DNA of 64,000 bases, taken from positions 1-64,000 of IMG/VR virus record IMGVR_UViG_3300046002_007411. One strand, written 5' to 3'. Under the pieces are notes generated by a model, which had not been told where the DNA came from, did not search any database, and saw only the letters and a program-made list of their open reading frames with translations. The stretch is from a virus. A program made the position numbers and the translations under genes. Positions 10,031 through 20,122 of this stretch are shown here, piece by piece. How positions within the stretch are numbered: position 1 is the first letter of the stretch; every line of letters starts with the position of its first letter.

Positions 10031-10905
10031 AACCCTGTCTTCGCCTCGCCTACAAAAATATGTGGCCTGATCACAATCCTGATCAACTACAACCACGGGA
10101 TTTTTTCCGTGGTTGTTTGGAACAACATTACACAGTGGTTATAGACAACCATGCTCCTGATGTTGTGATCTATAGCTTGGGTGGAGGCCCGCAACCTGGT
10201 GAATATTACAGCGACCCTATTTCTATTGCCTACAGCGGAGAAGTTCAAGACGCCCCGGGACCTTGTGATTTAACTTTGGGATTTCATCATCACCCTGACG
10301 TAAAATACAAGCGACTGCCTTTATGGCCTTTATATATTGACTGGGATGTAACACAAGTTACGCAACATCCATTGCATGTTTACAACATCCTGAATCGTCA
10401 TAAACAGGAACCTATTCGAAAATCTAGTTTTTGTAACTTTACATATCGAAATCCTGTTAAAAGCAGAGTGGAGTTTTTTCTGGCTCTTAATCAAAAACAA
10501 CGTGTTGATAGTACCGGACAGTTATTTAATAACACTGGACGATTGCTTGCTGACAAAACTGTAGAGTTACAGACATACAGATTTACAATAGCTTGGGAAA
10601 GCAGTATTTCTCCAGGATATGTTACCGAAAAACTTCTAGAACCACTTGCAGCAGGCAGTATACCCATTTACATGGGAGGCAGTGATGCCGTAAAGGACTT
10701 CAATCCCCGCGCATTTATCAATGTAAGTGATTTTCCAAACCTTCAACAAGCTGTAGATTACATAACATATGTGGATTCTAACCCTAACTTGGTTGATGAT
10801 TACTTATCACAGCCTGTTTGGGAAACTACTCCTACATGGCCACACGATGTATTTTCCTGGCTATATGAAATATTTGTGGAGAAAAAGCCTCACTTGAAGC
10901 TTTGA
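10027..10905 (+). CDS. alpha-1,3/4-fucosyltransferase family (GT10), second copy
   Basis: FTIAWES...GYVTEKL...AGSIPIYMG. Confidence 0.85.
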   Translation: MKPCLRLAYKNMWPDHNPDQLQPRDFFRGCLEQHYTVVIDNHAPDVVIYSLGGGPQPGEYYSDPISIAYSGEVQDAPGPCDLTLGFHHHPDVKYKRLPLWPLYIDWDVTQVTQHPLHVYNILNRHKQEPIRKSSFCNFTYRNPVKSRVEFFLALNQKQRVDSTGQLFNNTGRLLADKTVELQTYRFTIAWESSISPGYVTEKLLEPLAAGSIPIYMGGSDAVKDFNPRAFINVSDFPNLQQAVDYITYVDSNPNLVDDYLSQPVWETTPTWPHDVFSWLYEIFVEKKPHLKL

Positions 10906-11933
10906 TTTATTATCTTTAAATTTTCAGCAAGCCGGGAATCTTGCGGGTCAAGCACACATGCAGCTTGTGCGTGTGTCTTTGCTTGGGCAAACCAAGATAA
11001 GTTCCAATAGCCTATAGCAAGATAATCATGAAAATCCACACAATCATCAGCAACTGAATCTAGATAAGTCAGTGTTTTCGCTGCAATTAACCCCTGATGA
11101 CTGGCCCATACACATTGATGCCAATCCTGCCGACTGTAATATAACTTGGCTAAGTCCCGCCAAGTTTCTCTGCGACTGCCTTCAGCTACAGCATGCAGGA
11201 AATACTTTTCCTGGTTGACAGGATCAACTAAAGCCCACAGTCGCCAGGCTTCGTTACGTTCTGCCCACCAAGCGTTTTTCAAACTCAAGAAATCATCTAA
11301 TGCTGTTTTTGCACGCTCATAGTGGCCCTGATGAATGCATTCCCTAGCATACCAAAAAGCAAGTTGACTATCCTCGGGATCTTCTTCATGGGCCAAAGCC
11401 ATGAGTTCCAAATAATCTCTGCGATGAGGCTGACTGCGATCTTGTGTTTGCAATATGAGATTTGCCTGGCATACTCGTTCTTGCTCAGTTATACCACAAG
11501 CAAAAACTGACTCATGAACAGCTCGGCGCCAAGTATATCCCTGCCGGGCATGTATTTTATTTGCCCAAAAGCCCTGATCACTTACATCAGCAGCAAACAC
11601 ATACATGTAACTTAGTCTGGTTGTTCCCGGTGTCCATGCTTGTTCCACAGCTTGACGCCATCCCGGCATCAGCCATTCATCCATGTCCAAGCTTATGCAA
11701 ATATCTGCGTCTTGTGGGCACAAGTTCAAAGCTTGATTTCTAGCATGATCAAAACGCCAGGGAGTTTGTTGTATGTTGTAAACAGTAACTCCCTGTTGCT
11801 GCAACGCTACAACAGTGCTATCTTGGCTGCCAGTATCACATACCACGCGATAATCTGCATCTTGACAACTGTCCGCCCAACGTTGGACATTGGCATCTTC
11901 GTTCCTGGCGATAGTATAAACACAAATTTTCAT
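10890..11933 (-). CDS. GT2 glycosyltransferase with TPR-like C-terminus
   Basis: MKICVYTIARNE, DTGSQD, FDHARN, LDMDE; true start at 11933 rather than 12296. Confidence 0.85.
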   Translation of the reverse strand: MKICVYTIARNEDANVQRWADSCQDADYRVVCDTGSQDSTVVALQQQGVTVYNIQQTPWRFDHARNQALNLCPQDADICISLDMDEWLMPGWRQAVEQAWTPGTTRLSYMYVFAADVSDQGFWANKIHARQGYTWRRAVHESVFACGITEQERVCQANLILQTQDRSQPHRRDYLELMALAHEEDPEDSQLAFWYARECIHQGHYERAKTALDDFLSLKNAWWAERNEAWRLWALVDPVNQEKYFLHAVAEGSRRETWRDLAKLYYSRQDWHQCVWASHQGLIAAKTLTYLDSVADDCVDFHDYLAIGYWNLSWFAQAKTHAQAACVLDPQDSRLAENLKIINQSFK

Positions 11934-11981
11934 ATTGTAATATAACGAGTTTTTTGTTTGATTATCAATAAATATTTCACA

Positions 11982-12626
11982 ATGAAGATTCAAGAACTTG
12001 AGATCACCAAACTTGCTCGTGACCATGCAGAACCTTGGCTGGAAGTGTTTGAACATTATGGCTGGAAAATACTGGGAACAGGACGTGAAGCTTATGTTGC
12101 CTTGAATCCCCGTAAAAACTATGTTATAAAAATCTGGCGGCGGGGCAGTAACTACAACAAATATGTGGATTTTGTGAAAAAACATCCCAATCCACATTTT
12201 CCAAGATTTTTCCGTGAACCTCGACGTATTCCCGGCACTAATTTTTATTATATTGCCTTGGAGAAACTGGAACCTGTGGGCAGCCAGGGATCCCAAGGCA
12301 ATCGTTTGGTAAAGGATTTTCTACCAGAAATGATTTACATGGGATTGGCATTCAGCGATCAAGGAAGATATTTCTCACAACTGCTGGATGTTAATCGTGA
12401 ACTAGCATCTAGATTTCCCACGATATCATATAGATTGGAGTCTATTGCGATGAACCCAGAACTACATGAAATGGTGTATAAAACTATAGGTTATCCACCA
12501 GAATCATGGAAAAAGGCCATTGAGCAAATTATGGAGTTTGCTGACAGTTGGCAGTTGGAATTTGATTTGCCAGACTTTAACTTCATGAGATGGCACAGCA
12601 CACTTGTGATAACTGATCCTTTTTAA
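11982..12626 (+). CDS. protein kinase-like (T7 Gp0.7-like) #1
   Basis: LGTGREAYV Gly loop, VIK, ALEKL hinge, DLPDFN catalytic loop, ITDP; TAAATA at 11969-11974. Confidence 0.7.
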   Translation: MKIQELEITKLARDHAEPWLEVFEHYGWKILGTGREAYVALNPRKNYVIKIWRRGSNYNKYVDFVKKHPNPHFPRFFREPRRIPGTNFYYIALEKLEPVGSQGSQGNRLVKDFLPEMIYMGLAFSDQGRYFSQLLDVNRELASRFPTISYRLESIAMNPELHEMVYKTIGYPPESWKKAIEQIMEFADSWQLEFDLPDFNFMRWHSTLVITDPF

Positions 12627-12636
12627 GAGCAGCAGT

Positions 12637-13293
12637 ATGAAAATAACTGAAATAGAAGTTACAAACTTTATACGGCAAGCAGAAGCAGGACGGTTTAAAC
12701 CCAACTGGCGTCATGTTTTTCAGCATTATGGTTGGGAATTACTTGGGCATGGTCGAGAAGGGCATGTAGCGTTACACCCGGAAAAGAACTATGCATTTAA
12801 AACATGGCCAAGTTCCAGCCATTATACTGATTTTGTCGCGTTTGTTAGGCGCCATAACAACCCACATTTTCCCCGATTTTATCGTGACTCAAAACGGATT
12901 CCTGGCACCAGTTTCAACTATATTGCCATGGAAAAACTTGAACCTCTTCAAGATAACGAACTGATCTTGGGGTATTTTCCCGAAATGCTGTGGTTTACAG
13001 TGGAACTTTTGAAAAGAAACGAATGGAGCGAGCAATCTGGTGCGATTTTACATCAACTGCTGGTATTATTTCCCGGCATGGTATTACCCAACTTAGTTCC
13101 AAACAGTCCATTTTATAAACCCGATCTTGCAAAGGCAGTTTGGAAGAGAGTTAAAGAACCACCACAGGCATGGAAAACTGCGGTTGAAGATTTAGACTCT
13201 TGGGTTGATAAAAACGGCTTCTCCTACGATTTATTTGATTTCAACTTCATGCTGCGGGGCACTACTTTGGTTTTCGTGGACCCCGTGCGTTGA
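12637..13293 (+). CDS. protein kinase-like (T7 Gp0.7-like) #2
   Basis: LGHGREGHV, AFK, AMEKL, DLFDFN, FVDP; clear paralog of the upstream gene. Confidence 0.7.
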   Translation: MKITEIEVTNFIRQAEAGRFKPNWRHVFQHYGWELLGHGREGHVALHPEKNYAFKTWPSSSHYTDFVAFVRRHNNPHFPRFYRDSKRIPGTSFNYIAMEKLEPLQDNELILGYFPEMLWFTVELLKRNEWSEQSGAILHQLLVLFPGMVLPNLVPNSPFYKPDLAKAVWKRVKEPPQAWKTAVEDLDSWVDKNGFSYDLFDFNFMLRGTTLVFVDPVR

Positions 13294-13480
13294 AAACTTT
13301 AAACCTATTGCAGGGGCAATATTTGCATCCCACCGCTGCCCAATCCTCATAGGGATCAAAATGTCGATCGTATGTATGTTGACATTCGGGATCAGCGCAT
13401 AGCTGATCACCAGGAAAGTCTGGATTAAAGGCATACAGTGTATAACTGCGGCGCTTTTTGATGTAAGGTGCCTGGCTCAT
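13262..13480 (-). CDS. small Cys/His-rich (putative Zn-binding) protein
   Basis: C....C.H...RH.....GCKYCPC; own TTGACA-N16-TAACTT promoter. Confidence 0.6.
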   Translation of the reverse strand: MSQAPYIKKRRSYTLYAFNPDFPGDQLCADPECQHTYDRHFDPYEDWAAVGCKYCPCNRFKVFNARGPRKPK

Positions 13481-13515
13481 GTTTACAAGTTAACACACGT
13501 TGTAAATGTGTCAAG

Positions 13516-13545
13516 AAAAAAAGGTGGCTTGCGCCACCTTTTTTT
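13516..13545. terminator. intrinsic terminator after dnaK
   Basis: aaaaaaaggtggc-ttgc-gccacctttttt hairpin with A/T tracts on both sides. Confidence 0.8.
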
Positions 13546-15373
13546 AGTTTGCTGTTGCAGCAGGTTCTGCAGGTGGCGGTTGCTGATAAAGCTCCTCACC
13601 AATCTTCATGCTTAATTCACTTAGATTAGCGGTTTCTTTCTCAATGATTTCAATGTCTTCTGCCTCCATGACAGCCTTTACAGCCGTGAGTTGGGCATCA
13701 ACTTTTTCCTTGAGTTCAACACTGATTTTTTCACCATTTTCACGTAGAGTGCGTTCAACATTGGCAATTACACCATCAGCATGATTGCGAACTTCCACGC
13801 CCTGGCGCCGTTGTTGGTCTTGTTCTTGATTGGATTCAGCAGTTTTTATCATGTCTTGGATTTCTGCTTCAGTCAACCCACCATTTGATTTAATGCTGAT
13901 TTCCTGTTGCTTGCCAGTTCCTTGATCTTTTGCACTGATACTGACGATGCCGTTGGCATCGATGTCAAAGGCAATTTCGATTTGTGGAACTCCTCGGGGT
14001 GCAGGTGCAATGCCTGTCAAATCAAACTGGCCCAACAGCTTGTTGTCAGCCGCCATGCTGCGTTCACCTTGGAACACTTTGATAGTCACAGCATCTTGAT
14101 TGTCGCTGGCAGTGCTGAACACTTGACTTTTCTTGGTGGGAATAGTGGTGTTCTTGTCAATAAGTCTAGTAAACACACCGCCCAGTGTTTCCAGTCCCAA
14201 GCTCAAGGGAGTTACATCCAGCAACAGCACGTCTTTTACATCGCCAGCCAGCACGCCGCCTTGGATTGCCGCGCCCAGTGCCACTGCCTCGTCGGGATTC
14301 ACACTGTGATTGGGTTCACGTCCAAAAAATGCCTTGATGGCATCACGCACGGCGGGAATTCTAGTAGTGCCACCCACTAGTATGATTTCACGTATGTCTG
14401 TTGTTTCCAGCCCGGCATCACTTAACGCAACACGGCAGGGTGTGATAATACGTTGAACTAGATCAGCTGTTAGATCGTTGAACTTGGCACGATTCATACG
14501 CACAAGCAAATGTCTTGGCCCACTGGCATCAGCAGTAATATAAGGCAAGTTTACTTCTGTCTCAGTGCTTGTGCTGAGCTCAATCTTGGCACGCTCGGCA
14601 GCTTCACGCAAACGTTGCACAGCCATGCGGTCCTTGCGAAGATCAATGCCTTGGTCTCTGAGGAATTCACTTGCTAGAAAATCAACAACTCGAGTATCAA
14701 AGTCGCTACCTCCTAGATGTGTGTCACCAGTTGTGGCAAGAACTTCCACAACACCGCTGCCAATATCCAAAATACTCACATCGTGGGTGCCACCGCCTGA
14801 ATCCACAACCATTACTTTACCATCGCCACCACGATCTTGACTAAATGCCAGGGCGGCTGCTGTGGGCTCGTTGATGATGCGTAGCACTTCAAGTCCTGCA
14901 ATGCGACCAGCATCCTTGGTAGCCTGTCGTTGAGCATCATTGAAATATGCTGGAACTGTAATGACTGCTTGGGATACTTTGCGGCCAAGATAAGCTTCGG
15001 CAGTTTCTTTCATTTTTACCAAAACTTGTGCAGCAACTTCACTGGGACTGCGAGCTTGTCCTTGAGTTTCCACCCAAGCGTCTCCATTGTCTGCACGCAC
15101 AATTTTATAAGGCAAAGTCTTCATGTCGGCTGCAATGCCGGGATCATCAAACCTGCGCCCAATCAGCCTTTTGCTTTCAAAAATAGTGTTTTCTGGGTTG
15201 GTTACTGCCTGTCGTTTAGCAGCTTGGCCCACAAGCTGCTCGCGCTCCAGCCAAGCTACAATACTGGGTGTGGTGCGAGCACCTTCGGCGTTTTCAATCA
15301 CTCGTGCTGTGCCATTGTCCATGATGGCTAGGCAAGAATTAGTCGTACCTAAATCGATACCAATTACTGTCAT
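13544..15373 (-). CDS. dnaK: Hsp70 chaperone DnaK
   Basis: [49 protein letters not shown]. Confidence 0.98.
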   Translation of the reverse strand: MTVIGIDLGTTNSCLAIMDNGTARVIENAEGARTTPSIVAWLEREQLVGQAAKRQAVTNPENTIFESKRLIGRRFDDPGIAADMKTLPYKIVRADNGDAWVETQGQARSPSEVAAQVLVKMKETAEAYLGRKVSQAVITVPAYFNDAQRQATKDAGRIAGLEVLRIINEPTAAALAFSQDRGGDGKVMVVDSGGGTHDVSILDIGSGVVEVLATTGDTHLGGSDFDTRVVDFLASEFLRDQGIDLRKDRMAVQRLREAAERAKIELSTSTETEVNLPYITADASGPRHLLVRMNRAKFNDLTADLVQRIITPCRVALSDAGLETTDIREIILVGGTTRIPAVRDAIKAFFGREPNHSVNPDEAVALGAAIQGGVLAGDVKDVLLLDVTPLSLGLETLGGVFTRLIDKNTTIPTKKSQVFSTASDNQDAVTIKVFQGERSMAADNKLLGQFDLTGIAPAPRGVPQIEIAFDIDANGIVSISAKDQGTGKQQEISIKSNGGLTEAEIQDMIKTAESNQEQDQQRRQGVEVRNHADGVIANVERTLRENGEKISVELKEKVDAQLTAVKAVMEAEDIEIIEKETANLSELSMKIGEELYQQPPPAEPAATAN

Positions 15374-15429
15374 ATAGAATCTCCTTCATTAAGCAAGATA
15401 ACAGTTAAAGCCTATACAGGCCCTTAACC
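15374..15429 (-). promoter_or_regulatory. ROSE-like RNA thermometer in dnaK 5' UTR
   Basis: Minus strand: hairpin GTTAAGGGCCT-GTAT-AGGCTTTAAC, then UCUUGCUU-AAUG-AAGGAGA (UUGCU pairs with the SD, bulged G). Confidence 0.7.
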
Positions 15430-15463
15430 TCAAGTTTTTATATAATATATTTTTCCAACAAAA

Positions 15464-15901
15464 TCAAGTAGCTTTGGGTTTGCGCTGGTTGATTTTCTTG
15501 ACAGCTGGTGGCGCCTTTTTCTCAACTGTTTTAGTTTTAGTTGCGTTTTTTGGTTTGGCTTTGGTTTCCACAGGCTCTTTGACATTGGTAGTTACAATAG
15601 GTTCAAGTGCAGGTTCAGCAGCAACTACTGGTTGTTGCACTACAGGTGCTGGCTCTGGCGTAGCAACCGCTATGGGTTGTTGCACTACAGGTGCTGGTTC
15701 AGGCACAGGTTGAGGAGCAGGTGCAGCAACAACGACAGGCTGTGTGACCTGCACAGGTGTTTCTACTGGCGGAGCAGCCGGAGTTTGTGGTCGGTCACCT
15801 ATTACAGTCACAGGAACTTGCTGAATGACTGCTTCTGCTGGTTTTGGTTGGCGTATGTTCAACCAACGCTCTTTAATAGTTTGCCAAATATTCGTTAACA
15901 T
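15464..15901 (-). CDS. Pro/Ala/Val-rich low-complexity protein with basic tail
   Basis: Strong GGAGG SD; PEPAPVVQQP repeated twice. Confidence 0.7.
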   Translation of the reverse strand: MLTNIWQTIKERWLNIRQPKPAEAVIQQVPVTVIGDRPQTPAAPPVETPVQVTQPVVVAAPAPQPVPEPAPVVQQPIAVATPEPAPVVQQPVVAAEPALEPIVTTNVKEPVETKAKPKNATKTKTVEKKAPPAVKKINQRKPKAT

Positions 15902-15936
15902 AATACCTCCTGGGTTTATGTTAATTTATGCCTGTT

Positions 15937-16761
15937 TCACTCAGTGGAAAATATTTGTGCAGGAATTGCTGCTGATCTGCATGTTTGCATGCACATTTCG
16001 TGATATTCTGGACTTATTTCGCAGCCAATAAATCTCCTGTTCAATAGCAATGCCTGTTGGCCTGTTGTGCCGCTTCCAGCAAAAGGATCCAACACTACAT
16101 CACCAGGGTTACTCCAGCTCATGATCTGATCATGTGCCATGGCAACGGGCATTTTAGCAGGATGTGCTACAGCTTTACAAGGACGTTCTTGACCTGCTGT
16201 TTTCATGCGCCAAATGTTGGTGCGCATGCCAAAGTCCTCATAGGCTTTCCGTGTGCCGCGTTCAGCCATGGTGCCGTCTTTTTGGCGCACTGTGTTTTTA
16301 CCAAACGTGCTTAACCTAGCATGATCCGGTGTATTCATTCCTGTATTAGGTTTGTCTTTTATGGGATTGAAAACTCTAGGTTTACCTTTACTGAATACAA
16401 ACATGTACTCAAATATTTGATGATATCTGTTGCTGCTGGGATTGCTGAAGTTGCCCTTTTCGTAAATCATGGTATCGTGAAGCCGCCAGCCAGCCTCTAT
16501 AAAAGCCAAAGCTTGACGGAAACTTGTTCCAGTTTCACTGCCGTTGACAACTTGATCGGCGACATTCCACATAACAACACCACCATCACATGTCACTCGT
16601 GTAAGTTCTGTTACCAGCTGTGCAAAGTCCCAAGAGAACCCGTGATAATCACGGAGATTGTCGTAGGGAGGACTTGTTACAGTTAAGTGAACACTGCTGT
16701 CAGCTACGTGCGTCTGCAAGCACTGCACATTGTCACCAAGATAAATGTCATATAAGTTCAT
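15937..16761 (-). CDS. N4/N6 DNA methyltransferase (beta class)
   Basis: TSPPY, HPAKMP, VLDPFAGSGTT; ATGA overlap with the upstream gene. Confidence 0.9.
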   Translation of the reverse strand: MNLYDIYLGDNVQCLQTHVADSSVHLTVTSPPYDNLRDYHGFSWDFAQLVTELTRVTCDGGVVMWNVADQVVNGSETGTSFRQALAFIEAGWRLHDTMIYEKGNFSNPSSNRYHQIFEYMFVFSKGKPRVFNPIKDKPNTGMNTPDHARLSTFGKNTVRQKDGTMAERGTRKAYEDFGMRTNIWRMKTAGQERPCKAVAHPAKMPVAMAHDQIMSWSNPGDVVLDPFAGSGTTGQQALLLNRRFIGCEISPEYHEMCMQTCRSAAIPAQIFSTE

Positions 16762-17252
16762 AGTTGCCATGTGCGCCAAGGATTTTTTGTCAAATGTATG
16801 TTGCTGTAACGAGAGTCACCAGTAACTTCAGGTCCCAAGTCTTGGGGTCGGTAAAACTCTTGATCCAAGCTAGGTAGTTCTATCTCTGCTAAAACCAACC
16901 CTTGGTTGTCATGGTGAAACTGATCTATATGCCACGTTCGACCATCAGGTGCCAGCCAATGCGTGCGAGTTTTGGATAACTTCCACAAGCAGGCACTTTC
17001 AATAACGTTGGCTGCCCACATGGCATCTACAGCAGTTTCATATTCTCGGTTACAACCAGCTGAGAGAAAGCTTTTGATGGTCACAAAAGCCTGCGGGGCA
17101 AGTTGCCCTTGCAAGCACTCTTGATGCCTAAATCTAACCAAACAGTTGGTATTATCAGTCGCGTAACCTTGAATAATATGATATCTAGGACCAGTCCAAG
17201 GATATTTTGTCGAGCTAGCTAGGAATTTGCGTTCAATTTCCAAGTTGTTCAT
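16758..17252 (-). CDS. CYTH / triphosphate tunnel metalloenzyme
   Basis: EIERKFL, IIQGY, EYE, K.R, LAEIEL, EVTGD.RYSN. Confidence 0.9.
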   Translation of the reverse strand: MNNLEIERKFLASSTKYPWTGPRYHIIQGYATDNTNCLVRFRHQECLQGQLAPQAFVTIKSFLSAGCNREYETAVDAMWAANVIESACLWKLSKTRTHWLAPDGRTWHIDQFHHDNQGLVLAEIELPSLDQEFYRPQDLGPEVTGDSRYSNIHLTKNPWRTWQL

Positions 17253-17282
17253 GCTTTATGATAACACAAACGCATGACACAA

Positions 17283-18566
17283 TCAACCAGCATAATATTC
17301 CACGCGCACTTTCTGACCGTCATCTGTAATGATGACATGGCGTTCTATCCACTTGCCCATGGAACTGAAAATGTCATAGTATTGGCGTCGGGAGTTATAG
17401 CGCAACCATGCATTGAGAACTTTGTCCCAGTTCAACAAAAAATCCCAACCATCTGTTGGTGTATCCGAGTCATCTGGATATTTGTCATTTAGTAACTCCA
17501 CTACCTGACGCATGCTAGCTGGATCAAGATCCACCCACTTTTCTGCGTAATCCAGGATGTCTTGCCAATTATCATTGTATTGTGTGTAGGGAGGTGCTTG
17601 TGACCAATCAATAAGGCCATGGTCATCTACTAGGCCTTGACTCTCCAGCCATTCGAAATAATCCTGATCACTTACCTCGGCATCAGATAAAGCCGGCATT
17701 AAAAAGTTTTCGTTTACTAGCTCCCATGTTTTTTTGCTGACTTTTTCCAGCACTGAGTCGCTAGCTAACGTCACACTTAGCATGAACGCCTGACGCATGT
17801 TGTCGTCATTTGTTGCCCGGAACCAGGAAAACAAGCCGGGAAACTTCCGGGCAAGGTCACCAATCATAATGGGATCATCGTTTTCGTCCATCCAGGATCT
17901 CGAGGCAAAATGCAACTGATATTTTTCTCCCTTGTGTTGTGGGTTCCGGGGTATTAGAATATAAAGAGGACCCTGACGGTTATACTGATCAAAATAGTTC
18001 ATGCCGTGAACAGCAGCAGTACACCAACGAGTTTGTCGTCCATATCGGCATGCTGCTTCTTGGTCACGTGGTATAATCACAGTTACAAGATCATCTTGGT
18101 AGACCTTGTCAGCTTTACCTTGTTGTGTTTCGGGATTATCTTCTTCAGTTTGCTCAATTTTGTCCATTAACGCAACTGCATTGGGGTATCGATTTATGTC
18201 ATTAAATGGTGCAGCAAGTCGACGACGTTGATTTAGATTATGGAATCTGTGAACATAGTCACTTAGAGTGCTCTCAATGTCCTCCATTTTGCTTACAGCC
18301 GGCTGGCCGCTGGCAAACTGGCGTGCCATCCATTGCGTGTATTTTTTGTTGGGGGTAGGATCCGCTTGCTCGATACGCTCTATGGCTCGAGTTACCAAGC
18401 TGGGTAACCGAGGATCTTTCAAGAGTTCTTGAGCTCGCGGCAGAGTTTGCCAGTTTGCACCATAATAGCGTATGTAATCTTTTACCACTGCATCAGTAAA
18501 CTTTTGACCCAGGGCTGCTAGTGCTCGGGCCCGGTCATATTCCAATAAAATGTCTTTTATCTGCAT
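17283..18566 (-). CDS. conserved large-phage hypothetical protein
   Basis: 427 aa ORF; ACRYG..TRWCTAA...YF..Y...GPLYI...KYQLHF; TAAATA 4 nt upstream of ATG. Confidence 0.7.
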   Translation of the reverse strand: MQIKDILLEYDRARALAALGQKFTDAVVKDYIRYYGANWQTLPRAQELLKDPRLPSLVTRAIERIEQADPTPNKKYTQWMARQFASGQPAVSKMEDIESTLSDYVHRFHNLNQRRRLAAPFNDINRYPNAVALMDKIEQTEEDNPETQQGKADKVYQDDLVTVIIPRDQEAACRYGRQTRWCTAAVHGMNYFDQYNRQGPLYILIPRNPQHKGEKYQLHFASRSWMDENDDPIMIGDLARKFPGLFSWFRATNDDNMRQAFMLSVTLASDSVLEKVSKKTWELVNENFLMPALSDAEVSDQDYFEWLESQGLVDDHGLIDWSQAPPYTQYNDNWQDILDYAEKWVDLDPASMRQVVELLNDKYPDDSDTPTDGWDFLLNWDKVLNAWLRYNSRRQYYDIFSSMGKWIERHVIITDDGQKVRVEYYAG

Positions 18567-18596
18567 GTGTTATTTAACATTTTGGTCCCAGACAGG

Positions 18597-18627
18597 AAAA
18601 CCAGTGAGGCAAAGCCTCACTGGTTTT
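18597..18627. terminator. intrinsic terminator after the ATPase gene
   Basis: aaaaccagtgaggc-aaa-gcctcactggtttt perfect hairpin. Confidence 0.8.
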
Positions 18628-18652
18628 GGAAAGGCCTGCTAGTTGCCGGGGC

Positions 18653-19459
18653 TTAAACGTCCCGCAGCAGCAGCGCCTCGGCCATGTCCTGCCAGTCACG
18701 GTCGGTCTTGACAAAGTTCGCCATCTGGATCACAGTGCGAATGCTCAGCACCCGCACGCGCTCCAGGTGCTGATCCAGCCACTGCACCATGTCCTCCGCT
18801 TGCTTCTTGCTGAGGCGGTTGTCTGCCAGGAAGTCCGCATCAAACACCACCTGCTTGACCCGCACAAACACTTCGGTCTTGGTGTGGATGCGCATGTCAA
18901 CGTAGAGGCTGCGGCTGAGCAGGGCCTCATAGTGCGGAGCCATCTTGTTCTGCTTGGCAATCTCACGCACAAAGTCGATGTTGGTGATAAACAGCACTGC
19001 ACCCTTGAACTCAAAGCTACGCGGGATGTCTTCTTCGTTCAGTACCCGGCTTTCCTTGTTCCAGTGAACGCGGCGGGTCTTGCCCGTGTCCAGCGCAGCC
19101 TTGAGAATGTTCATGGCGTCGAGATCGCCAAACACGCTGTCGCAGTCATCAATCACCAGCACTGAGCCCTGCTCGCAGCACTCCCAAAGGGCGCGGTAAA
19201 GGCCAATGGCGCTCATGCTGCCCTTGACGCTTTGGTAGCGAATCTTGCCCTGCGCTTCGGCAATGTTCAGTTCACGCTCGAGGCTGTGGGTCTTGCCGCA
19301 GCCCGGGGCGCCGCTGACGATAGCGGCATTGATATGCCCCAGCACCACACCGCGGGACACCTTGTCCAGCACGGCAAAGCTCTTGAGGATACGGGCATGG
19401 ATGGCATCGAGGCTTTCCCCAACGCGGGCAGCTTCGGTATTCTTACGCGGACGAGCCAT
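18653..19459 (-). CDS. AAA+/P-loop ATPase
   Basis: Walker A GAPGCGKT, Walker B VLVIDDCD, FITN sensor; markedly GC-rich; ATG at 19459. Confidence 0.85.
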   Translation of the reverse strand: MARPRKNTEAARVGESLDAIHARILKSFAVLDKVSRGVVLGHINAAIVSGAPGCGKTHSLERELNIAEAQGKIRYQSVKGSMSAIGLYRALWECCEQGSVLVIDDCDSVFGDLDAMNILKAALDTGKTRRVHWNKESRVLNEEDIPRSFEFKGAVLFITNIDFVREIAKQNKMAPHYEALLSRSLYVDMRIHTKTEVFVRVKQVVFDADFLADNRLSKKQAEDMVQWLDQHLERVRVLSIRTVIQMANFVKTDRDWQDMAEALLLRDV

Positions 19460-19494
19460 GTAGCTTGCACCTTGTCTGTTTCGTCTATGAGCCC

Positions 19495-19522
19495 ATAATA
19501 GCATGTAAGCAGGCGTTGTCAA
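19495..19522 (-). promoter_or_regulatory. sigma70-type early promoter
   Basis: GGTTGACA-N16-TATTATGGGC, near-identical architecture to the promoter at 50239. Confidence 0.7.
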
Positions 19523-19677
19523 CCATAAAACGCCCAGCCGCCAAAAGTTTTTTGAAAAAATCTCAGCTAGCTGAGCATGCTGACATACGCAGGATGCTGA
19601 CGAACAGCACGACACAGCGCAAAATCCGCTAACCTATTGATGTTGTTGGTGCAAGAACACCAGCTAAGCTATTGATA

Positions 19678-20025
19678 TCACTGGTCGCGCAGCTCATAAT
19701 AGCCGCATTCCAGCTTGTGCCACAGCTGGTCGAGGTATGTTTCCAAGCTAGCTAGGCTGGCTGTGGCTTTTGTGTCACACACTGTGACATGCATCACACA
19801 CTCGCCATCCTGCCCATATAGAACCACCCTGGGCTCATATGTGATTTCCGGCCCAGGACGTTGAGGCCATTGCTGCCAATTATATTCATGGATATCAATG
19901 AAGTAGCGTGTGCCCCGTTGATCCTTAACGATTTTTTGCCAAAACCGCGCATCCCATGCATCTCGGGCAAGGCTGTTGGGCCAGGGACGATAGCCTCCTT
20001 GCTTTAGCTCTTGCTCGCTAACCAT
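19678..20025 (-). CDS. hypothetical protein
   Basis: AAGGAG SD before ATG at 20025; TTGACA promoter upstream. Confidence 0.7.
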   Translation of the reverse strand: MVSEQELKQGGYRPWPNSLARDAWDARFWQKIVKDQRGTRYFIDIHEYNWQQWPQRPGPEITYEPRVVLYGQDGECVMHVTVCDTKATASLASLETYLDQLWHKLECGYYELRDQ

Positions 20026-20122
20026 GGCATTCTCCTTCAACACCTGTAACCTAGCATGGCTCCCTGGGCGTGTCAACCATTAATTTCACAAACTTTTTGA
20101 TTGACACGCCTGTCCATATATG

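Noticed and set aside
11934-12296. N-terminal extension of the GT2 ORF
   Set aside because: It is antisense to the kinase gene; GT2 homology begins at 11933.
13907-15377. Plus-strand ORFs within dnaK (and similar ones in clpX, nrdA, topoisomerase)
   Set aside because: Antisense shadows of conserved genes with no motifs or RBS.
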